This document shows positions 8,587 through 17,379 of a stretch of DNA of 64,000 nt, piece after piece; position 1 is the first letter of the stretch, and each line of letters starts with the position of its first letter. The position numbers were made by a program, and so were the translations under genes. The stretch is taken from the sequence record PQ898399.1. One strand, written 5' to 3'. The notes below the pieces were generated by a model. The model was not told the DNA's origin and did not search any database. It was given only the letters and a program-made list of their open reading frames with translations.

Positions 8587-10029
8587 GTGGTAGAAACAAT
8601 CTTATCTCATTTGCTGTATAATCAGGCCTTCTTCGCGAAGGTTTGGCCTTATATGGGAGATGAGTATTTTGAACATGGCCCAGCCAAAAATGTTTTCAAA
8701 CTGATTCATCAGCACGTTCTTAAATATCAAGCTGTTCCAAGTAAAACTGCATTAGCGGTAGCTTTGGATAATAGTCAGTTAGTTGAAACTGAAGTACAGG
8801 GCGCAAGTGAGTTAATTAATAAGCTTCAAGATACTCCAGAAGATTTAAACTGGCTCGTAGCCGAAACTGAACGTTTTGTTCAAGAATCTGCGATGTACAA
8901 TGCAACATCAAAGATTATTGAAATTCAGACTAACGCCCAACTTCCACCAGAAAAACGAAACAAAAAACTTCCTGATGTAGGTGCAATTCCAGACATCATG
9001 CGAGCTGCTCTGTCAATTTCATTTGATAGTTACATTGGTCATGATTGGATGGAAGACCATGAAGCTCGTTGGTTAGCTTATCAGAATAAAGCTCGTAAGG
9101 TTGCATTCAAACTCAATATTCTGAACCGAATCACAAAAGGCGGTGCAGAGACTGGTACTTTGAACGTATTACTCGCCGGTGTAAACGTTGGTAAGTCATT
9201 AGGTCTGTGTTCTCTTGCTGCTGACTATCTTCAGATGGGTAAGAACGTTCTGTATATCTCCATGGAAATGGCAGAAGAAGTTTGCGCAAAACGTATTGAT
9301 GCTAACTTACTTGATGTATCGCTGGACGATATTGATGATGGTCATATTTCATATGCTGAATACAAAGGTAAGATGGAAAAATGGCGCTCAAAGAATACTC
9401 TTGGTCGTCTGATTATCAAGCAATATCCAACAGGTGGAGCTCATGCAAATACGTTCCGTGCGTTATTGAATGAACTTAAACTGAAGAAGAATTTCGTTCC
9501 TGATGTCATCATTATTGACTATCTGGGTATCTGTGCTTCTTGCCGTATTAAAGTTTATACCGAAAACAGCTACACATTAGTTAAAGCTATTGCAGAAGAA
9601 CTTCGTGCATTGGCTGTTGAATCTGAAACTGTTTTGTGGACAGCAGCTCAGACAACTCGTTCAGGTTGGGACGCTTCTGACGTTTCAATGAGTGATGTTG
9701 CAGAATCCGCGGGTCTACCAGCAACAGCAGACTTTATGCTAGCGGTAATTGAAACTGAAGAACTTGCTCAACAAGGTCAACAGCTCATCAAGCAGATTAA
9801 GTCTCGTTATGGTGATAAGAACATCAACAATAAGTTCTTGATTGGTGTAAGTAAAGGCAATCAGCGTTGGGTAGAAATAGCTCAAGAACATGGTGAACAA
9901 CCAACTTCAGTCAAAGAGACTTCTGGCGCTCAGCAACGAGTAGCAGAAGGAAACAGAATGACTCGTGTTGAACAAAACGCTAGTGCAAGAGCTAAACTCG
10001 ATGCATTGGCTGAAGACCTCAAATTCTAA
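8587..10029 (+). CDS. 41: Replicative DNA helicase gp41
   Basis: GTG start MVETILSHL; AGVNVGKS Walker A; IDYLGIC; ESAGLPATADF. Confidence 0.98.
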   Translation: MVETILSHLLYNQAFFAKVWPYMGDEYFEHGPAKNVFKLIHQHVLKYQAVPSKTALAVALDNSQLVETEVQGASELINKLQDTPEDLNWLVAETERFVQESAMYNATSKIIEIQTNAQLPPEKRNKKLPDVGAIPDIMRAALSISFDSYIGHDWMEDHEARWLAYQNKARKVAFKLNILNRITKGGAETGTLNVLLAGVNVGKSLGLCSLAADYLQMGKNVLYISMEMAEEVCAKRIDANLLDVSLDDIDDGHISYAEYKGKMEKWRSKNTLGRLIIKQYPTGGAHANTFRALLNELKLKKNFVPDVIIIDYLGICASCRIKVYTENSYTLVKAIAEELRALAVESETVLWTAAQTTRSGWDASDVSMSDVAESAGLPATADFMLAVIETEELAQQGQQLIKQIKSRYGDKNINNKFLIGVSKGNQRWVEIAQEHGEQPTSVKETSGAQQRVAEGNRMTRVEQNASARAKLDALAEDLKF

Positions 10030-10031
10030 CC

Positions 10032-10061
10032 GTTTACATTCATGTAGGGCTATGATACTAT
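10032..10061 (+). promoter_or_regulatory. T4-type early promoter
   Basis: GTTTACA, 17-bp spacer, TACTAT. Confidence 0.85.
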
Positions 10062-10092
10062 AGCCCTATCAAAAACAGATGAGGACAATAAA

Positions 10093-10380
10093 ATGACACT
10101 TAATCAACTACTAATTGCTGCAAACAACACTTACGACAACACCAAACCACAAGCTGAAATCAAAGACTGTCTCCCTGGAACTTTGGTTGTTAAATCAGCC
10201 AATGCTGTACTACATTGTGAAGGTCCTGTTAGAGAAGCTCTTGATGCGGGTGAACAGGTGGTTGTAGTTGTTCCTCCGTTTAATGATAAGCATGGTGCTG
10301 TGACTATTGGCGTTGGAACTCTTACTAACAGCGATTTCAAACTAATTCGTCTAACTAACGTTAAACACGCGGTGGCATAA
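10093..10380 (+). CDS. Hypothetical early protein, 95 aa
   Basis: SD GAGG; first gene behind the early promoter. Confidence 0.75.
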   Translation: MTLNQLLIAANNTYDNTKPQAEIKDCLPGTLVVKSANAVLHCEGPVREALDAGEQVVVVVPPFNDKHGAVTIGVGTLTNSDFKLIRLTNVKHAVA

Positions 10381-10661
10381 TGAAAAAGCTCGTACTTGCA
10401 CTAATCTTTGCTGTATCATCATGCTCTGCTGTTCCGGCTATGGCTAAAGCAGATTACACCTCAATTCCATGCATCAAGTTCGTTGAAGGTGACTGGGACA
10501 AAGTTAAGCCTAAGCTGATTCATGACCTTGAAGCTGGTGCAGATAAGAACCAAAAGATGCTTATCGAAGACCTGGGTGAAGGTGACCTGGTAGTAGCTGG
10601 CACAAATCTGTATTGTGAAAATGCTTCCGTTCCAGAAGTTTTAGAGTGGATTGGCTTATGA
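10380..10661 (+). CDS. sp: Spackle-like periplasmic inhibitor of the gp5 tail lysozyme
   Basis: Signal peptide MKKLVLALIFAVSSCSAVPAMA resembles T4 Sp; two Cys at equivalent positions (LYC); located between 41 and 61. Confidence 0.75.
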   Translation: MKKLVLALIFAVSSCSAVPAMAKADYTSIPCIKFVEGDWDKVKPKLIHDLEAGADKNQKMLIEDLGEGDLVVAGTNLYCENASVPEVLEWIGL

Positions 10662-10855
10662 TTTTTGAAGGCAGAGACCTTGTAGATTATCATGACGCTG
10701 AATTGGCTCAGCTTCGTTTACGTTTTGAACGTGAAATTGAAACTGGACTTACTCGTTGGGGATTTCCGGCAGACCCTCGTGAATCTTATCGTAAAGGTTT
10801 AATATTGGTCGCAATTAAAACAGAGCAGGAAAGACGATGCACACATTCATTTTAA
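10658..10855 (+). CDS. Hypothetical protein, 65 aa
   Basis: ATGA overlap with the sp stop. Confidence 0.6.
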   Translation: MIFEGRDLVDYHDAELAQLRLRFEREIETGLTRWGFPADPRESYRKGLILVAIKTEQERRCTHSF

Positions 10856-11025
10856 TCATGACTCTTATTAGTGAACACGGCGGAGTCGCTATGAATCAAA
10901 TTGAATTCAAGCCAACACAAACCGGCCCAACTGCCGAAGAACTGTGTAACCAAGCTGGTGAAGAGTGGCGCACTTCTGCTCGTGATTTTTCAACCTCTGC
11001 TAAATTCGTTTGTGTTAAACGATAA
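10837..11025 (+). CDS. Hypothetical protein with hydrophobic N-terminus and two Cys
   Basis: SD AGGA; MHTFILIMTLIS...C...CVKR. Confidence 0.65.
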   Translation: MHTFILIMTLISEHGGVAMNQIEFKPTQTGPTAEELCNQAGEEWRTSARDFSTSAKFVCVKR

Positions 11026-11028
11026 ATA
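11021..11028 (+). promoter_or_regulatory. Late promoter-like element
   Basis: GATAAATA (T4 consensus TATAAATA) just before the SD of the 61.1-like gene. Confidence 0.55.
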
Positions 11029-11040
11029 GAAGAGGAGACT

Positions 11041-11505
11041 ATGTCAACTATTAAAAGCGGTATTGACGCCGTCTATGCGTATAAGTTTATCCGGCTAATG
11101 CAAAAACCATTCACTGAATGGAAAGCATATGAAGCCAAGATAATCGATGAAAAGGGTACGGTTCTGAAGCGACCTACTACTCCAGAAGAGAAAGCATCTT
11201 ATACTGCTTTCCACGCATCTGTGCGTTCAATCAAAAGAATGTTAACAACTGTACCAGGACTCAATGGAGTAGCATCCATGATGAGTGCATGGTCAGCAGT
11301 AGCTTCACGTTACAATATCACCGAATCCGAACAAAAAGAGATATTTGAGGCTCTTCCCTTGTTCGAGGACATGGTAGCCGGAGATTCCGGTGGAAGTGTC
11401 CAGAATATCGCCTCTGGTACCACAACCGGAGCAATCGTCAATAAAGGTCCTGAGACCCTACCAAAGAAACGTAAGCGCATCAAAGTAAATCTCAATAAAC
11501 TGTGA
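11041..11505 (+). CDS. 61.1: gp61.1-like conserved protein (long form)
   Basis: C-terminal AGDSGGSVQNIASGTTTGAIVNKGPE motif; immediately upstream of primase. Confidence 0.7.
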   Translation: MSTIKSGIDAVYAYKFIRLMQKPFTEWKAYEAKIIDEKGTVLKRPTTPEEKASYTAFHASVRSIKRMLTTVPGLNGVASMMSAWSAVASRYNITESEQKEIFEALPLFEDMVAGDSGGSVQNIASGTTTGAIVNKGPETLPKKRKRIKVNLNKL

Positions 11506-11544
11506 TATAATGGCCTTAGAAATAAGGCCACTAAGGAGAATATA

Positions 11545-12570
11545 GTGAGTTGGGTTGATAACGAGTTTGCGTACCGCGCATTTTCACACCTTCCAAGATT
11601 CAAACAAGTAACAAACGGTCATCGTTTTAAATTGAATTTTCGTTGCCCAATTTGTGGTGACTCACAAAAAGACCAATTCAAAGCTCGTGGATGGGCATAT
11701 GAACAACCGACTGGCGGAATTGTAGTCCATTGCTATAACTGTGATGCACACTTAGGATTAGCTAAATATCTGCGAGAAAATGAACCTGACTTATATCGAG
11801 AGTACATTCTTGAAGTTCGTAAAGAACAAGGTCAAGCTCGTTCAGCTCCTAAGAAAGAAGTTAAACTTCCTCCGGTTGAAAAGAAATTCATTCAAAAGCT
11901 TGATTATTGTGAGCGATTAGATAGGCTTTCACCGGCTCATCCAATATGCAAATACGTCGCAGGACGTAAAATTCCTAAAGATAAATGGAACCGACTGTGG
12001 TTTACTACTCAATGGCCGGCTCTCGTTAACTCAGTAAACGAAGGTACATACTCACATGAGAAAAATGAACCGCGCTTGGTTATTCCAATCTTTAATGAAA
12101 AAGGCAAAATTGAATCCTTCCAAGGGCGAGCCCTCTCAAAAGACGCTCCCCAAAAATACATGACAATTAAAGCTCATGAGCTTGCTACGAAAATTTATGG
12201 TCAAGATACCGTTGACCCTAATAAGCTCGTGTTTGTTATGGAAGGACCATTAGATAGTTTGTTCATCAACAATGCTATCGCAATTACTGGTGGTTCTATT
12301 GAGTTGAACATGGTTCCGTATGAAGGTAATCGTGCTTGGATTATGGACCATGAACCTCGTCATCCAGATACAATAAAGCGTATGAAGAAGCTTATTGATG
12401 CTGGAGAAAAAGTAGTCTTTTGGGACAAGTCACCTTGGTCTTCAAAAGACGTGAACGACATGATTATGAAAGAAGGTGCTACACCTGAACAAATCATGGA
12501 TTACATCAACAACAATATCGAATCAGGCTTAATGGCTAAGATGAGATTTACTCGGTATGCTAAAATATGA
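11545..12570 (+). CDS. 61: DNA primase gp61
   Basis: CPICGDS..HCYNC zinc finger; EGPLDSLF TOPRIM motif; GTG start with SD AAGGAG. Confidence 0.97.
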   Translation: MSWVDNEFAYRAFSHLPRFKQVTNGHRFKLNFRCPICGDSQKDQFKARGWAYEQPTGGIVVHCYNCDAHLGLAKYLRENEPDLYREYILEVRKEQGQARSAPKKEVKLPPVEKKFIQKLDYCERLDRLSPAHPICKYVAGRKIPKDKWNRLWFTTQWPALVNSVNEGTYSHEKNEPRLVIPIFNEKGKIESFQGRALSKDAPQKYMTIKAHELATKIYGQDTVDPNKLVFVMEGPLDSLFINNAIAITGGSIELNMVPYEGNRAWIMDHEPRHPDTIKRMKKLIDAGEKVVFWDKSPWSSKDVNDMIMKEGATPEQIMDYINNNIESGLMAKMRFTRYAKI

Positions 12571-12851
12571 ATAAAGAACAACATGCCTTTCTTAAGTTAG
12601 GTGAAGAATGTACTGAAGTCGCAATGCTTTGCTCTAAGATTATTCAATTCGGAATTGACTCAGAATATGAAGGCAAAACTAATCGTGAAAGATTAATAGC
12701 TGAATTAAACGACATCATGGGTTGTCTTCTTAATTTGCGAGTGCATACTGATTTCGATTTCGTAGAAGACAGAGAAGAAGTTTGGAAGAAATTTGAAAAG
12801 ATGGAAAAATTCCGCAAAATGTCTGAAAACCTTGGATTCGTTGCTAAATAA
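12567..12851 (+). CDS. MazG-like (all-alpha NTP pyrophosphatase) protein
   Basis: KLGEECTEV...AELNDIMGC pattern of acidic metal ligands. Confidence 0.6.
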   Translation: MNKEQHAFLKLGEECTEVAMLCSKIIQFGIDSEYEGKTNRERLIAELNDIMGCLLNLRVHTDFDFVEDREEVWKKFEKMEKFRKMSENLGFVAK

Positions 12852-12896
12852 AGTTAATGATATAATTTATTTCTGATTTGACAAAAGGAAAACACA

Positions 12897-13415
12897 ATGG
12901 CTCATTTTAATGAATGCTCACATCTAATTGAAGGCGCGGACCAAGCAAACGGTGCGTATAATGCAGTAATTGATAATCATCAAGACCCTCTGCAAGTAAT
13001 GCTCGATATGCAGAAATCTCTTCAAGTCCGTCTTGCTGAAGATAAACCATTCAGTAATCGTCATCCAGATTCTCTGGAAACCGCAGGTGAAGTACTAGCT
13101 TGGTTGCGTGCTCAAGACGATTATATTGCAGATGAAACTCGCGAATTGTATACTGCACTTGGCGGTATGAGCAATGGTGAAAAAGCAGCATCTGCTGTGT
13201 GGAAACCTTGGAAAGCTCAACATGTAGAAATGCAGTCTAAGAAAATTAAAGACTTATCACCAGAAGACCAGCTTGAAATTAAATTTGAGTTGATTGACCA
13301 GTTACACTTCTTCCTGAATAAAATTATGGCTCTTGGTATGACAGCTGAAGAAGTGTTCAAACTGTATTATCTGAAAAATGCAGAGAACTTTGCTCGACAA
13401 GACCGAGGTTATTAA
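12897..13415 (+). CDS. 56: dCTP/dUTP pyrophosphatase gp56
   Basis: MAHFNECSHLI, DETRELYTALGGMS, WKPWK, ELIDQLHF and KNAENFARQDRGY match T4 gp56. Confidence 0.96.
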   Translation: MAHFNECSHLIEGADQANGAYNAVIDNHQDPLQVMLDMQKSLQVRLAEDKPFSNRHPDSLETAGEVLAWLRAQDDYIADETRELYTALGGMSNGEKAASAVWKPWKAQHVEMQSKKIKDLSPEDQLEIKFELIDQLHFFLNKIMALGMTAEEVFKLYYLKNAENFARQDRGY

Positions 13416-13780
13416 TGAAATTTGATTATTACGCGTGGCAGAAAGCTGGGAGACCAGCTTCTCCGGCTGAGCATAGCACGGCTTACGCTGACAGAGCTCA
13501 TTGGAAGTTTAACACTCCTGAAGACTATGTAGCTATAAAATCCAGTTTTGGAAAATGGGTTATCGCAGCCAAGGGTCAATACACCTTTGAAGTTCCTAAA
13601 GAGTTCTTTAAACTTGAAATAACTCAACAAGAGTTCATGGAAAGAAGCGAAGAACTCGTTAATCTTCATGAAAGTTTTTCTGATATTGTTGTTAGCGGAA
13701 ACACAGAAGAAATGAATTCGGCTATTGAAACTATCAGAACTAAAAACTTTGAGTTACAGGTTGCCAGTATTATTGAATAA
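13415..13780 (+). CDS. Hypothetical protein, 121 aa
   Basis: ATG overlaps the gene 56 stop. Confidence 0.7.
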   Translation: MKFDYYAWQKAGRPASPAEHSTAYADRAHWKFNTPEDYVAIKSSFGKWVIAAKGQYTFEVPKEFFKLEITQQEFMERSEELVNLHESFSDIVVSGNTEEMNSAIETIRTKNFELQVASIIE

Positions 13781-13783
13781 ATA
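13776..13783 (+). promoter_or_regulatory. Late promoter of soc
   Basis: AATAAATA about 30 nt upstream of the soc ATG. Confidence 0.7.
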
Positions 13784-13811
13784 GACTTGTAACTAATTAA
13801 AGGAGATTACA

Positions 13812-14048
13812 ATGGCCGGTTATGTAAACGTAAAAACTTTCGATCATCAGACTTCTGCTGGTGAAGTAAAAGGTAAAGAAATTTCTGTAGCATTTGAACT
13901 GTATTCTGACGTTCATCGTATCGCTAATGCTCACTACCAGGTTTTCCCATCTGAAAAACCAGCGTATTCTACGGTGTTTGAACGAAATCAGCGTGCCGAG
14001 TGGATTGCTGCTAACGAAACTCTGTTTGACGTTACGCCTTCTGAATAA
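13812..14048 (+). CDS. soc: Small outer capsid protein Soc
   Basis: MAGYVNVKTF..EVKG.EISVAFELYSDVHRIANAHYQVFPSEK resembles RB69-type Soc; late promoter and own terminator. Confidence 0.92.
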   Translation: MAGYVNVKTFDHQTSAGEVKGKEISVAFELYSDVHRIANAHYQVFPSEKPAYSTVFERNQRAEWIAANETLFDVTPSE

Positions 14049-14055
14049 TAAGTTT

Positions 14056-14082
14056 AGGGACTCCTTCGGGAGTCCCTTTTTT
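14056..14082 (+). terminator. Rho-independent terminator after soc
   Basis: AGGGACTCC-TTCG-GGAGTCCCT followed by a T-tract. Confidence 0.92.
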
Positions 14083-14130
14083 GCTTTTATAGAGTAGTGT
14101 ATAATGACTTCACTAAATGAGGAAAATACT

Positions 14131-14382
14131 ATGAATGTTAAAACAACTCCATGGCGTAAACCTGTAGGTGATTGTGGTGGAATCAGCGATTTAGTTCGCT
14201 TAAAATATATAGAAAGAGAAACTAATACCGATTTCTTTGTTGATGTCAAGTTACATGCTTACAGAGAAGTTGGAACGTCTCTTGAATGTGCTATTGAAGT
14301 TCTGTATTATGATTTAGTTAAAGTTGATGGCGTTTACAAAAGAAATGTATTCAACATTCAATTTTTGAACTGGAGTTATTGA
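14131..14382 (+). CDS. Hypothetical protein
   Basis: SD GAGGA; TTTGCTTT..TATAAT middle-type promoter upstream. Confidence 0.7.
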   Translation: MNVKTTPWRKPVGDCGGISDLVRLKYIERETNTDFFVDVKLHAYREVGTSLECAIEVLYYDLVKVDGVYKRNVFNIQFLNWSY

Positions 14383-14774
14383 TGGTTATGAATTTTGTAA
14401 GAGGGTTATTCGGTAATCCTCGTCCAGATACTCAAATCAAGGCTGAAGAAGCTCGACTTGATGAAAGCATCAATCAACATATGTATGGAGCCAATGATAT
14501 GGCTGTTGCATATGAGGAAGGCGCAAATGAACAACGTGAATGGATTTACATGGGCGACGGAATGATGGAAGAAGTGATAACGAAGAAAGAGAAAGTTCAA
14601 CGAAATGGACAGACTTATACTGGACGCGTAACTCATACTCCAGTTAATCACCAGAATCACTCTAGTTCATCCAGAGCATCTTATTCTGATAGTCCAATGA
14701 TACATACAACATCATATATTGATAGTCCCTCAAATACATCCTGTGACACTGGCGGAGGCTTCACCTGTGACTGA
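14382..14774 (+). CDS. Hypothetical protein with Ser-rich tail
   Basis: SD GGAG; ends SSSSRASYSDS...SCDTGGGFTCD. Confidence 0.7.
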   Translation: MVMNFVRGLFGNPRPDTQIKAEEARLDESINQHMYGANDMAVAYEEGANEQREWIYMGDGMMEEVITKKEKVQRNGQTYTGRVTHTPVNHQNHSSSSRASYSDSPMIHTTSYIDSPSNTSCDTGGGFTCD

Positions 14775-15276
14775 TAAACAATACAAAATTACTACATTCG
14801 GCTTGGAATTTGTTTCTCGCGATTTTCCATCGTTCACCGATAAAAGGCATCCTCTTCATAAAAGGGAAATTATGGTAGCTATCTGCTATAATCCATTTTT
14901 AGAATATGGAACTGGTTATCGTGATAATGTTGACCCAAGTGAATTGAAAAATGGTTGGCCTGAAGGTGTTGATGTTATCATCAAAGAATACAACACTTAT
15001 GTGAAAACTAAAAATTCTCCATTTGATGTTAAAGACGGTTTCTTGCTTAGTGGCTGGAAAATTCCACAAAGTAATTTGATTGATATTATTCCAGAACCTA
15101 AATTCGGTGATAAAAGCGTCGATACTGTGAAAATTCCAAACATGATGGATACTGATGGATACGGAATTACACATGTGAATAATTGGTTAATCGCAGATCA
15201 ATTTGATATTATTCTTTTTCGTAGAGGTATTTGGCATCTTTTAGGTGTTCCTAAAACGGAGGCACTTCCGCGTTGA
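14767..15276 (+). CDS. Hypothetical protein
   Basis: GTG start with SD GGAGG, overlapping the previous stop. Confidence 0.65.
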   Translation: MTDKQYKITTFGLEFVSRDFPSFTDKRHPLHKREIMVAICYNPFLEYGTGYRDNVDPSELKNGWPEGVDVIIKEYNTYVKTKNSPFDVKDGFLLSGWKIPQSNLIDIIPEPKFGDKSVDTVKIPNMMDTDGYGITHVNNWLIADQFDIILFRRGIWHLLGVPKTEALPR

Positions 15277-15482
15277 GTAACATTTTCGATATGTTTGAAG
15301 AAGACATTCCTGAAGGATATGTTGAGGTTGATATGAAATCTGGTCCGAAGGTGGACCAGAGTATCGCTACTGAGTTAGAACTAATCTTCAAAAAGCATGG
15401 TGTAGATTACACAAAAGCTTTATGTGAAGAACTGTCCTCGTTATGGGCAGACCCTCCGCCTTGGACTCCCTGGGCAAAATAG
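15273..15482 (+). CDS. Hypothetical protein (T4 mrh/srh-region type)
   Basis: TTG start with SD GGAGG; ends WADPPPWTPWAK. Confidence 0.65.
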   Translation: MSNIFDMFEEDIPEGYVEVDMKSGPKVDQSIATELELIFKKHGVDYTKALCEELSSLWADPPPWTPWAK

Positions 15483-15484
15483 CT

Positions 15485-15514
15485 GTTTACATCCCTTCTC
15501 TTCTGTGTTATGAT
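15485..15514 (+). promoter_or_regulatory. T4-type early promoter
   Basis: GTTTACA-17 bp-TATGAT. Confidence 0.85.
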
Positions 15515-15541
15515 AGCTTCCGTAAACAAACGGAGGTTATC

Positions 15542-16219
15542 ATGGCATTCTATCAAAGTCCTGTCATTGAAGTAGAAATCACATCATCAATTCCAGTTCC
15601 ATCAGGTGGAACGTACGAGTACTGGGAAGACCCAGAAGAGCTAAAACGCAGACAGCTTGAATCTGAAGTTAACAAACTCTTCACAGATAAAGAGCAAGCT
15701 GTTCTATGGAAGTGTTTAAACGATAAGGTTGAAGATTGGGTAAATGCTGGGTTGGATAAAATCATTCGTCGCCGTATGACAACTGCTACTCCTGAAGTGC
15801 TTTATCGTGGTGTCAACAGACGAATGCTTAATGTTCTTTGTAACATCGAAGTTGGAGAAATTTTTACTGCTGAAAAAGTTGTAAGCTTTTCAACTGAATT
15901 TAACACAGCAAGAAGCTTTGCTAGTTTCGGATGTTATGGAACTAAGACTATCATTAGCTGGTCTAACCCTACGATGGCTTACAACTATCAGGAAGATATG
16001 CTTAAGCTGCTTTTAGCAGCTCCTAACTGCGAGTTCAGTGCAGCACCTTACGACCCACAAGCAAAAATTGACCGTAAAAATAAAGTCAATATGGTCCAGG
16101 ATGAGCAAGAATGGATGATGCCAATCGGAACGAAGTTCCGAGTAACTAACATTGAGGATGTTGATTTCAATCCAGGTGGAATGCATACAGTTTATCATGT
16201 AGAACTTATTTCATTCTGA
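15542..16219 (+). CDS. mod: Mod-type NAD:arginine ADP-ribosyltransferase
   Basis: LYRG, VSFST and EQEW form an R-S-ExE catalytic triad; AVLWKC resembles T4 ModA/ModB; upstream of srd. Confidence 0.88.
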   Translation: MAFYQSPVIEVEITSSIPVPSGGTYEYWEDPEELKRRQLESEVNKLFTDKEQAVLWKCLNDKVEDWVNAGLDKIIRRRMTTATPEVLYRGVNRRMLNVLCNIEVGEIFTAEKVVSFSTEFNTARSFASFGCYGTKTIISWSNPTMAYNYQEDMLKLLLAAPNCEFSAAPYDPQAKIDRKNKVNMVQDEQEWMMPIGTKFRVTNIEDVDFNPGGMHTVYHVELISF

Positions 16220-16221
16220 CC

Positions 16222-16251
16222 GTTTACAACCAGAACCAGATGATATAGAAT
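16222..16251 (+). promoter_or_regulatory. T4-type early promoter
   Basis: GTTTACA-17 bp-TAGAAT. Confidence 0.8.
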
Positions 16252-16304
16252 ACTCCTTGAAACCATTATACCGCTACTTTCGCAAAAGCATATAAGGATA
16301 TCAT

Positions 16305-17057
16305 ATGGCCAAGCCATTAGAAATTGTCATTGCAACTCGTTTAGTTAACACTTATGCTTCAGCTACGAAACGCCAAAAAGATTTTGGATTAACTATGGCG
16401 TATCTTGCTAACATCGCTCAACAGAAAGTATGTGCTTACTCAGGTGAGCCATTTAGTGAAGGTGTTAACGATGACATGATGACACTTGAGCGTTTTGACA
16501 ACGACAAAGGTTATGTGCCGGGTAATGTCATCCCAGTTAAGAAGAAGTACAATTCTGCCCGTGGAAACTTCTCCTTAGAGGAGCTGATTGAGAAACGAGA
16601 TGAGTTAGCTTCTCGTATTGTTCGCGCTGCAGATGCTGGCGGCCACGTCATCGTAGACCAACAAGAACCTGAATCAGAAGACCCATTAGCCGGCATTGCC
16701 AAAAAGTATCACAAACAGTACTTGGCTATTCTTAACAACATCGCTAAGCGTGAACAACATATGAAGCAGAAGGGTGTCACAGAGGAAGTGAAAAAGTCTT
16801 TACAGGCTCGTATCACTGGCGGCAAAGCTGAACTTAAGCGTCTTCGTAAAGTCTCTGGGAACACTGATAAGTTGGCTTCAAAAGCTGCAACTACAACTAA
16901 AAAGGCTACAAAAGCAGAAAATTCTGTCCACAATTATGATATAGTAATTAAGGGATTAACTCGCTTCCAGAACTTATCTTTTATTGATAAAGCTAAGCTG
17001 AATAAAGGTCTCCCATTGTCTGCTTCAATGTTTCAACTTATTCGAGGTAAAATGTGA
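16305..17057 (+). CDS. srd: Srd putative sigma-factor decoy
   Basis: QKVCAYSGEPF, LERFDNDKGYVPGNVIPVKKKYN and FQNLSFIDK match T4 Srd. Confidence 0.9.
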   Translation: MAKPLEIVIATRLVNTYASATKRQKDFGLTMAYLANIAQQKVCAYSGEPFSEGVNDDMMTLERFDNDKGYVPGNVIPVKKKYNSARGNFSLEELIEKRDELASRIVRAADAGGHVIVDQQEPESEDPLAGIAKKYHKQYLAILNNIAKREQHMKQKGVTEEVKKSLQARITGGKAELKRLRKVSGNTDKLASKAATTTKKATKAENSVHNYDIVIKGLTRFQNLSFIDKAKLNKGLPLSASMFQLIRGKM

Positions 17058-17371
17058 TGCACTACGGTTATGCATTGATTACAAAAGATAAAGACGGATT
17101 TGAGATTCCGTTCTATGAGTCTTGGGATAAAGACCCACTTGGAATGTGTATTATCTTCACAGGTAAATATGCAGCTGAGCGTTATTGTGGAACTCAACTT
17201 GGAAAACTTCAATATCTGATGAAGTATGGTCGTAAAGTTGAATACCAAGAAACCAAATGGCTTTTCTTCAAACGTGATATTATTGAACATATCCCGCTCA
17301 CTGAACAAGAGCGTCGAAATGTTCAACAAATGATTAACACATTGCAAGTTAAAAAGGTTAAAGTCGCGTAG
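17054..17371 (+). CDS. dda.1-like hypothetical protein
   Basis: Between srd and dda; overlaps the srd stop. Confidence 0.7.
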   Translation: MMHYGYALITKDKDGFEIPFYESWDKDPLGMCIIFTGKYAAERYCGTQLGKLQYLMKYGRKVEYQETKWLFFKRDIIEHIPLTEQERRNVQQMINTLQVKKVKVA

Positions 17372-17379
17372 GAGAAGTT

